A stretch of 54,909 nt of DNA, counting the filler, from Dirinaria sp. TL-2023a (Eukaryota), in NCBI GenBank assembly GCA_051941275.1. It is 2 parts of 2 records of this genome, joined end to end, with 100 filler letters (N's around TTAATTAATTAA, not from the genome) between each part and the next. Parts side by side here need not be neighbours in the genome. Positions count along the whole stretch, not along the records: positions 27,528 to 54,909 come from JAVEBF010000142.1; 1 more part is not named here. One strand, given 5' to 3'. The translations under genes and the position numbers were made by a program. Positions within the stretch are counted from its first letter, which is position 1. Every line of letters begins with the position of its first letter. The notes below the pieces were generated by a model. The model did no database searches and was not told the origin of the DNA. It saw nothing but the letters and a program-made list of their open reading frames with translations. Shown piece by piece: positions 45,150 through 54,909 of this stretch.

Positions 45150-47666
45150 GTGCTATTCCAAACTTTGCACTTCCGACATGGCTCACAAACGAGTGCCCAG
45201 AGAGCAGCCCAAGCATGTAACAGACGATTCCACACATCCAGACTTTACTACCGCCCAGCGACACTAGAAGAAGGTCGAAACGACCCAGACCCTGTTCGAG
45301 CAGCACTGGATCGTCTGAATTGCAGAGATCCGCCATCCTTTGGCGGAGTTCCATCTTCCCAACCAGCTCCTCAGGCTACTACTACCGCCCCTGAATCCCA
45401 GCCCTCCTCTGCTGGGAAAAAGCCAACCAGCTTTACTTTACATGGTAATCTCCTTTATAAACCTTCTACGACCAGTAGCTGACAACCGTTTAGCGCCTCC
45501 AGATGTCACCAAACATACGCGTATTGTTTCGGTCCTCGGCATTGAGCCTAAATGGGCTTCTCCTCGAGACGACGGCTGGTTTCTGAGCGACTTTCTGGCA
45601 TTCTGGCATGTTCTGAATCGGTTGACGAGCTCTCAGACCTGGCTCCACTGTCTTGACCTCGACAAACTGATTGGAGAACATAAACGTTACCTACATGGCA
45701 GCCCTTTCGAACCACGCAAGGAAGTCCTCAACGAAACGATGCTTGCGAAGATGAAAACTACGTGTCATGCTCCGGAATATGTTGGGGGAATGTCGATCAG
45801 GAAAGTTTTTACAGAAGCTGTTCACAGAGAGTGCAAGGCTGCAGATGAGGAATACCACAATGTGCTAATCCTCATGTTTGGACATGGCGTTGAGGGTAAA
45901 GGTATTGATATCGAGGTTACGACTAAAAAGAGACTAAGATTTGAGAAATTACAAAAGATCCTTCAACGTAAGTGATTTCTTCAAGTCTTTGGCCTAGTCT
46001 CCCATTGCTTCAGCAGTATCGCCATCGTCAGGGTTCGATTCTCCCTTAGCTCTACGCCCTTCGTATACGTATGTTTTAAAAGTTCAAGCTTGCAAGCCGT
46101 GAAATCACGCTACCTGGCCAGCAAAGTCTAGCGGTGTTTCTTAACAGGTGGACTTCTTGATAATCAATATTTCATCAATAATCCTCGACCGGAATTGAAT
46201 TGCTAGTGTTGTCTCGAAGGGATCATGCTAAACTCGTACTAATTCGAGAATGCGTTTTAAAATTCCCAAAGGCGAGAATAAGCATCCTCTCTACTGCTTG
46301 TTTCTCCGGGGGTTGGTCTTACATCCCGGATTTGATCCCCCTAACCTCCACTTTGATGGCTGCTGGTCCCCATGAGGTCAGCAAATCATGGAATTACTCT
46401 TTTTCATACGGTCGTGCCAGTGAGTCTATGTTTACTAGCGCTGTTATTCAAAAGCTCACCAGCCTGTCTCCGGGTAAGACACTGCTTGACGCTGCTGAAG
46501 AGGAAGACGAAGTCGTGCAGAGGCCTGAAGAGAAAATAGTAGCGCAAGAAGAGACATACGGCGAATTCTGCAGCAGTATCTACAACACGCTTCTTCGCGA
46601 CGTTGATCGAAGAGGTCTCGAGCATGGTAAGTTAGGCCTTAATCGCCCTTAACCCGAGCGCTATAGCTCCTAATAGCGTGCTTACGTCTCGGTACCATCA
46701 TTTTTAATATGCTGACTCGAACCCAATATTAGGTATAACATTCAGTGCCCAGAACGACAGCTAGAGTGATTACTTCAGTCAACGTGTAGGTATTCCGCTT
46801 ACAGACTTTAAGTCACGTTGGGATGCTCTCCCAGACTATCCGGCCGACGCTCGCATGCATCCAGGCCATTGGACGAATCGTGACCCTCACGTTTCAGATG
46901 AGGCCGTCGAACAATACAGAGATCTTAGGAGGCGAGCTACAATCACAAGTTCTGAGCCAATGAAGGCTACTGGTTCTTTACTTCCAAAGCGCAAAACGAG
47001 TGCGCTCTACGGAGGAGAAGCTACAGCACTGATAAGACTCGTCATACTATCGTACGCAGCGGTGAAGAGTATCTTGGAACATACTCAGATTATGACGACT
47101 CAGGAAACGATGGGCCCCTACACAATCTGATCCGGCGTATCATTGCTGGGCAAGAAAAGGATGAATTCGAAGTGGAGCGAGCGTGGCACGCCATTAAGTA
47201 TCGGTTACATCAAATGGATATGGCAGATCGATATCTTCAGGCACTGGGCATTTCACCGCCTCTTGGTCAACGTTGTTGTGATTTTAACACAAAGAGCGTC
47301 GCCAAAGTCGTTGGATCACAAAAATATGTTTACATCACCAAGTTGATTTGGGACTGCGAAATTCTCTTTCCCGAAGCTACTGAGCAGCAAGGACGACCGT
47401 TTTGGAAATGTGTCCATTATCTGACGGCGGCTCTCCATCATGCCGGATTGACGCTGGAGGAAGTCGACATCAGAGTCAAGAATTTGGCCAAAATGGTCGA
47501 TATGGAAGTTGATGGGCACAGGGATCTCGTAAAAAGAGATCCGGAGATCTTTTCCAAAAGGCAAAAGGTGTTCGAAATCTACGGCAAGGTTTTGAGAAGT
47601 GTGTCGCCACAGAGGCGAGCTGAACGAAGATCTCGGGGCTTATCATTGACGGAGTCGGCGTCGTAA
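45150..47666 (+). pseudogene. Disrupted clan-CD (caspase/legumain-fold)-like cysteine peptidase gene
   Basis: Introns 45445-45493, 45968-~46250 and 46628-46732. LILMFGHG (His codon 45883) and ILSTACFSGGW (Cys codon 46299) resemble the HG/AC dyad motifs. There is an in-frame TAG at 46762-46764, a frameshift near 47040-47055, no in-frame ATG for exon 1, and no canonical YAG acceptor for intron 2. Confidence 0.62.
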
Positions 47667-47856
47667 TATTAATCACCAAATGATATTGCTCCTCACTATA
47701 GAGTTCTCAACAGCTCAGCATCCAATACCGGAGAGTCTGATATGACAGTATGTTGAAACTGGTATATTCGAGAGGCAGCAGAGAGCTCCCATCTTTGGCA
47801 CGGGCAGCGTGTTGAAGTTGTTGAGGGTCGGGTGCCCAATCCCATTCCTTTTACAG

Positions 47857-49669
47857 TCAACTCACCAAGTTCCCTTTTCTGGTTATCTGTCGCCATTCCC
47901 TGCTTTTTTTAATCACTTTTTTCGTTTTTTCGACAGACTCGCTCTTAGGCACGTCATCCAGGCTCTTTTCCTGATCGGTGCCCAGTTCGCCCTGAATTTG
48001 GGCGGGCGGGATTTGGAACGGCTTGCCGACTTGATCCCACCCGGCAGGTAAAAACGCTTTGGTCAGCGTCGCTTCGAGTTGCAGCTCGCGGATGACACCG
48101 TCCGTCAGAAGGAGGGGCGGGCACGCCGTTTTGAGGGTGGCGAAGAACGAGTCCGGATCCGTCAGCGCCGACCATCCCAGCACGAAACTGACGGCCAGAA
48201 TGGGGCCGATGCCGGGGACGAATCCGATACCCAAGGTGATGAGGTTTTTCATGTAATCCTCAAACCATTTGTCTTGCGTGTGAGGCAGCCACTGTAGCTC
48301 TAGACCGAAATTGGCCTCGAGGATTTTTGGAAAGTCGAAATCATACCCATTCTTCCGGATGAGGTCTGGCGACGTGGCAACGGTTGCGATACGGTCGATT
48401 CCTCTGGTGATCTGAATCATCTTCGACTCGTATGGATCGGCGTTGCGCAGTTGTCGAGGAAGCGCCAGCAGCCGGAGTAAACCAAAGACATTGAGTCCTA
48501 GGCTATGCGTATAATGCACACCGAGGCCAGTGACCTTATCGCAATCATGGTTTGCAAACTGGCTTATGTCTGGCCGCCAGATATCCACTTTGCCTTTTGC
48601 TGCGAAGTTGATCTGGATAAAGGTACACATATGTGGGTACTGCTTGCTCGATTGATGCGCAATGGGGATGTATATGGCTCGGATGTATCCCAGCATCTGA
48701 GAAGTCAGCAGGAGCCTTCATGAGCGGTATATCAGGAGAAAACGGACATCGATCCAAACCCATTGCTCTTCTTTGGTCGGCATCGGCATTTGCATGAACC
48801 ACGCCTGATGGATATCAGCACACATCAACGACGCAACCTCCGTCATAACCTGCTTACCTCGATGGTGCCCTTGTCTTCTCTAGCGAAGAATCTATTTCCA
48901 TTCGTACAAAGATCATGCCCATCCCGTCGCTTGATGGAATTTTCAGGGCCGTAGGAGAATGGGAGTGTATCCCAGCAGCCATAAAGGCTGTTGTGCCCCC
49001 ATTCTGCATCAACGACACGGTAGCCAGCTCGTGGATGGCTATATTTGGGCGTCTTCGAGGGTACCATCCATCTACCACCCATTCCGTCTGGCAAATACTG
49101 AACTCCTGCCTCCTCACCTTTGCATACCTCTAGATTCCAGACAAATTCGACCAACATATTACTGTAGAAATCTTTGGCATTGTCGGCGTGATAGCCGTCC
49201 GATTGGCTGGTGGCCAGACCGGACCGAACGAAGAAACATTCGCCCTCGGGATAAGCGAGTGCCATTCTCGGTACGTTGATTTCGAGAGCAACTGAAAGCT
49301 AACTTTGAAAAGACGGGAGCAGAGCGCATTTTATGTATCCTTTACCGCAGCTTCGTTTAGGTATGTCGACCTAGTCACAGTGTTACCCGCTTTCATTCTC
49401 CGAAGAGGTCCATCAGAGTTCACGAGATTTCCTCCAATTATTTTATCATAGAGATACTGCAGCAGACCCATTTTTGACAGACGTGCACGTTCGTGCGCGC
49501 AGATCCATGGCGATGAGGCAACCCCGACCAACCTCGATTGGATTATGTCTGTAACCGTGGCGCGCGTTGACAAATCAGAGCAGCGAAGTACACAATGACT
49601 GGATTCCTTCTCCGTGCCCAGCCAGCTCACTACCTTCGATTGGACGGATTCTTCTTTATGAGGGGTCAT
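47857..49669 (-). CDS. Hypothetical protein with Gly-rich hydrophobic hairpin near the C-terminus, ~4 exons
   Basis: Exons ~49669-49346 (uncertain), 49298-48858, 48804-48748, 48696-47857. The last two introns have clear GT donors, CTGAY branch points and CAG acceptors and keep frame (...KGTIE/AWFMQMPMPTKEEQWVWID/MLGYIRAIY...). Contains LITLGIGFVPGIGPILAVSFVLGWSAL. Confidence 0.68.
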
Positions 49670-51599
49670 GGGGTATGGAAAAGAGCAGGATGTTGAAAAG
49701 ATGGAGTGGGAGTTGGACGTGATACAACGTGGCGAGTGGCTATTTGGTCGATGAGATGAATATGGGTTGTCTGACCTGACCCGAGCATATAACACATAGG
49801 AGAACACATGAAAACCAACCTTATCTCAACAAGGACGTGATATAATTGCCATAGAAAGGGCCGGAAGTATTGACTGAAGTAGACTAGCGCAAGACGAGCC
49901 GGGGCAGCGTGCAGCCTGTGGAGCGGAAAGCGTGGCAGAAAGTGGGGTACTGGGATGATTCCTACTGCTGCGCTCCCCTACAAATTCTTATTAGCTCTTT
50001 GATGCAAACACGTAGTGGTCGTTTGAGAAGAAGGAATAGTCAGATAATAAAGTTTGAGGTTAATTGACTTCCACATGAGAAGTAGTCGAATTAGATTCTG
50101 ACGATAGATTACCTTAGCTTGACCTCGACCCAGTGAGTTAAGGTAATAGAATACTTTTGTATGCTTTTGGCTCCTATAGAGAAGGGAGACGATCATTTGC
50201 TTGACTTGGAATCGAAGACTCAGCATTCCCTTGCGATCGCCAATCTTTGCACAACGTCGGGGTGATGAGATACAGCCAGCGCGAACAAAGACATCATGTT
50301 CGCATGCGAGGTTGAGTTCTTGATGATGCCGCTGCTACTGCGTTTTGGAGAAGGTCGGTTCCGGCATATCCGCGACAGCGAAATCAGCTGGTCTCGCTAC
50401 CACCAATGCGGATGGTCTTGACATTGAGGCAGCAACGGACAAGCAGTGGCCAACAGCGGGGACTGGAGCCCATGAACAGAAGGGGACAATTTAAATATGC
50501 CCAATCATGCTCGATCTGCATGCAAATCTCAAAACGCTGCCCTTATCCTGCCGCCATGCCTTGTGACACGTAGTGCGCAGACGACGTTGCAGCTGCGGGA
50601 CAACCGACAGAGAACACATCCGTGTCCACGATGGTCTCCAAAAGGCAGCCTGCTGCAGGATCTCAATCATGGTGGAAAAGAGGGAGAAAACTCAATAATG
50701 CTCGGTGTTCTGTCTTGTGACGAATTTCACATCCATACGTTTTCAAGTGCATATATATATATATATATCAAAAAGGGCCTTTTGCAGGACTTTCATGATG
50801 ATTGAATGGATCGACGTTGCGCAAGATCCGATGATCATTCTCGGAGAGATTGCGGGCTACAACAAGGTATATTCTAGTACAGCACGATGTCAGGGGATTT
50901 CCGTGTCCACGACATCCTCGATAATGGCAGTTGACGTATCACAGTCAACGTGAACGTCTTGCACTAGTGCTGAAGATACGCGATATTCTGATGCCGGCAG
51001 ATCATGTGGCATGGGCGGAATTCAGTGCTCTGCTAACGGTGCTAACAATTTGAATCGGAGATGGTAGCGCGCATAGTTGACGCTTACGGCTTCGAATACT
51101 CGCAAGTCGGCTATTTAGTTAGTGTTCTGTACTTCGTTCGAATTTTTTTCAAAAAGATTTATCGAAAGAGGCTGTGAACAAGGTATATGCGATTCTTGAG
51201 CTGGGTATGTCCTCTGAGAGAAACTCACATCTGAATACTTTGCTTTGTTACAATAGGAGACCTACGCAAATTTTCCTCGACGCCCGCATGGTATTTGATT
51301 CAGGAAGATGGAATGGTGGAGATTGGCATATCCTAGACCAAGTACGACATAAAAGGCTCGCAGACGTGTCGAGAGTAAATGAGATCTTATTTTGAACTTC
51401 GAATTGACCCAATTCCAATGAACTGACACAACATCTCAACTTTTTGTCATTGTCACTTGATGCAGACTTTGAAGAGAAAGTATCATCGCGCTGCGTACTA
51501 AATGTCTGCTGATAGAAGATCAGGTGCCCTGACAGTTGAAGTCATCAAGCTCGACAGAGTACGAGTACAGAGCACAGCGAGATCAGATGAATACTCTGC

Positions 51600-52370
51600 T
51601 TGACCACCCGGACCGAACCCTTGCGAGTGCCGGAGCCGACGCGCTGGTCCAAGGGCATCATTTAAGCTCAAGAGGTTTGCATGAGGTCAATAGATTCACC
51701 TAGACCTCGCCTTATAGAAGGGATTTCATACAAAAATTGTCACGAAATGTTAGTAAGTGGCTGCGAAGTAGATATTGGAGGAAGTCCAGCCGGAGTAACG
51801 TTGATCCACTCCGGCTTCGCATGCGAAGAACCTCGAACCGCCTCGAAAAGATGTCAGAATCCTGGATCATCTTTTCTTCGCCATTCAAAGTCTGTAACGA
51901 CGAGATCGAGTCAAAAAAATTTGCCTGAAGGAATCGAACTTTCAATGACTCTCGATCTCGAAACAAATCATACGTTATGTTCCACAACTTGGGATGCAGA
52001 ATCGGAGACATACATGTTTTCTCAAGGGTTTCTGTCTGTCCCAAGACGTCTCAGAGCTTTTGGCCTAGGGAGAGACCGATATCCAGCGTTCGAGCGGAGT
52101 CCTTGATTCTTGATCACGTGAGTCTGGTAACTGAGCAAGGCCGATTTTCCGGGGTTAAGGAATAGCCATGCGCCGATATCGAATACTCTCTGATTAGTCA
52201 GACTCATTGGCGCTGTCAAGGTGCGCTAGTACGTATCCTTTGAACAACGACTCTGGAGATACGATGGAATAAAGGTGGTCGATGATCTCATCATCCTTTA
52301 GTCCGCTGTAGTCTTCATAGAGACTCTTGCGGCCGGCGTGAGGCCGTGTCCCAAGGTCGCATTTGTACCA
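51600..52370 (-). pseudogene. Degenerate class I SAM methyltransferase relic (AusD/Trt5-like family)
   Basis: Fragments in different frames: WYKCDLG...YEDYSGLKDDEIIDHLYSI, IGAWLFL and YDLFRDRESLKVRFLQANFFD. From memory these resemble that family's YSGIP..EV..H, IG.FRFL and GYDLFRD motifs. No intact spliced frame was found. Confidence 0.55.
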
Positions 52371-54909
52371 AGACAGACACGATTGACTCTAGAGTCGTTT
52401 TTTGATCAGACCGATCTGCTGGCCTTGCATTTGATGCAGATGATTCGAGCGATGACATGTTGAGTGTGATGTGAAGCAAGTACGCTCATGCTCAGATTTT
52501 GACAGCTCGAAGATAGAAAAACCACATTCCACAAACCCGATCTTCTCTGAACCGTTGCTTGTTCCATACCTAACAATATTCCCCTCCCCACTCCCTTCCT
52601 CACCCATCCGCGAAAAGCACAGCCCCAAAATAGCATCCCCAAGCGGGAACATCGACGCCCAGCGTCCTCACGGCATTGAGTTGGATCCACTCCCTCATCG
52701 CCTAGCAGACCAGCACACCCCCCCCCCCGAATTATAAAATCCATGATTCATCCAAAGAAGACGATCACGAACCAGATCTAACTACTAATTTTTTCGCAAA
52801 GAAACAAATGATCTCATAAAAATCAAACGTTTAATTTTGTGTGTGTGAGGAAATTTGTCGTGAACTCTTTTCTCTTCATGCCCTTGATCTCTTCAGCGTT
52901 GAACATATCGAATTATGATCGAATGTTTGTTCTCGCTCGCTTTAAGATTTATCAACGCGTGGAAAAATACACATTATCTATAATGTAGCGGCATTTTGTT
53001 GTTGATGTCTGCAGCGTAAGGAACTGGGACAGAAATATTTAGCAGCGTCATCCTCAAGCGTCGAGAATAGAATCTGCAAATGATGGGCATATGGGCGGTT
53101 CTGGGCTGGGTAGGATCAGTCTCGAATCTCTAGAGCCCAGTCCAGCTGACTGCTAGTTGTGTTCTTGTTCATCGCTGATGAGATTAGTATGGGTCTAATA
53201 GAAGATTGCGCTCTGGGGATTTAAACGCTGTTGAATTTACTTTGCTTGATTATTTGCGTCTGTTCGTTTGGTATATCATTCAAGCTCTGGGTATGGTGGT
53301 TGATGGCGAGGTCTTGATCTGCAGGGGCAGGGATGATTTTCTGGCTCAACTTAATATGGTCGGCTGGTTTCGAGTGCATCAATGAATCAGCAATTCTCTT
53401 TTGAACAAGAATCAGCTGATTGCTTGTTATTGCGGCCTTGAGACTCTTTTAAAAAGACTCCGAAAAATTTCAAGATGAGCCACCCCCCAAGTGTATCAGC
53501 CTCATACTTCACGCCCATGAACACCCTTAGCACCCCCCTTTCAAAATCCAAAACCTCCGCGCTTTCAACGAAGTCTCGCTATCTCACATTCCGCGTCTCC
53601 TAAATCGATCTGCTCAACGTCAAAACTCACCCACCACTGATTGCGACGACTTCAACCCGTCGATCCATTTACCATCGAATTTTTTTAGGACTGGCTTAGC
53701 GTGTTCGTTCTCAAGAAGAAAAGAATGGATGACGTCTTCGCAGCTGGAGATCCGGACTTGTTGTGACGCATGTGGTCGGCCCACTGATGTTTATAATAAC
53801 GGGGTGGCTCTGGGCAAGAAGTTTAGGATCTTGGATCTTATGTCTGATGAGATTTATGAAATTAGTTATATACTTTTACGAAGAGGCTTAAGGTTGTAGA
53901 AAAGTTGTTAATATGTGATTGGAAATTATAGAAGATAACACGACTCTGTGATCGCTTTTCTAGCGCGTTGAATAATTAAAAATCATCGGGAAGCATCGTT
54001 GAGATTCTCTGGCGCCAACGAGTTAAATCGATTATTTCAATCTTAAAAGCATCCTGCTCGATATCAGCACTAAAAAACAGTCGATTGGATCTCGAATGCT
54101 GCGCTCTTTCATCTGTTCGATTTAATGCGAGTCGTGATGATCGCGAAAATATGCTTAATCTCTTCTCGAATTTTTTATAGCTTGTTGAAAGTGTGGTCGA
54201 TATGAATTTCATACTGCTCAAGTATCTTCAGAGTCGCTGATTCCATAATGCGAATGACTAATTTGATGACTCCTAGATCCGCAACATCAGCTCCCAGGAA
54301 AATCCCGTGAGATTCCATACTTTACTACGCACCAAATATCTTTGAGCGCGATACGTGCCTCTATAAAACAGAAGAATCTCCCTTTATCGACTGTCATCTG
54401 CATGCTACGCGCACTGAGACGCATTCTCACGTGTCTGCGAACTCATAGCCGGAGTGGTCGAATGACTTCTGTTCAGCAGAGCGCGGATTCAGAGATGCAT
54501 CGATCATGTCGCTTGAAGGCAGTTTGGTTATGGTTTGAAGGAGTATGAAATGAAAGAATAGAAATAGGTGAAATAATAATCGAACGTGAGAAAGAGAAAG
54601 ACGAAGGGACGATAATCGTGAGTAGGGCATGCGAACTGTAAATGGGCTCGATGAGATTATGTAGAAAGCAGGGATTATATTGTAGATTGTCGATATCTAA
54701 TTGCAAATTCAAAGCACAAAATATCATAATGCCTTATCCTCATAAAACTCAACTGCAGCAATCCACATCCGTCATTGACCACAAGCCATCGCACAAAGAA
54801 AAAAAAAAAAAAAAAAAGGAAAGAAAAAAAGAAAAGGCGCCAGCAATGCTAAATATTCCCCCCCTCAATCTCCTGCTCAGACCAGCTGAGATCGTATACA
54901 ATAATATAT

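Noticed and set aside
49978..51450. Short ORFs and TGATGA words as possible snoRNA or genes
   Set aside because: No convincing C/D box pair with terminal stem or guide sequence, and no coding signal.
53450..54909. Possible transposon coding remnant
   Set aside because: The composition looks mutated, but no transposase, RT or integrase motif or terminal repeat could be identified.

Overview
Intron-containing filamentous ascomycete (Pezizomycotina) DNA. A lichen-forming Lecanoromycete is plausible from gene content, but that is inference only. The window joins two sequences via an artificial 100-nt linker (N44-TTAATTAATTAA-N44, 27428-27527), so adjacency across it is unproven. The left part holds housekeeping genes (NMD5/SXM1-type importin, SKI2, CSM3, ARP9, TRM1) interleaved with a small secreted protein, an HExxH metalloprotease-like protein, a GMC oxidoreductase and an O-methyltransferase with a GC-AG intron. 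The right part looks accessory. It has three F-box-like orphans, a foldback element whose arms contain TTAGGG, an Rds1/ferritin-like secreted protein and a Thr-rich secreted protein. It also has a head-to-head paralogous C2H2/RVxF gene pair, a disrupted clan-CD-like (His-Gly / Ala-Cys) protease convergent with an unknown hydrophobic-hairpin protein, a methyltransferase relic, and AT-rich tracts depleted of CC/GG but keeping CG and CA. Exon boundaries were derived by hand from splice signals and frame. Family calls come from motif recognition, not database searches.
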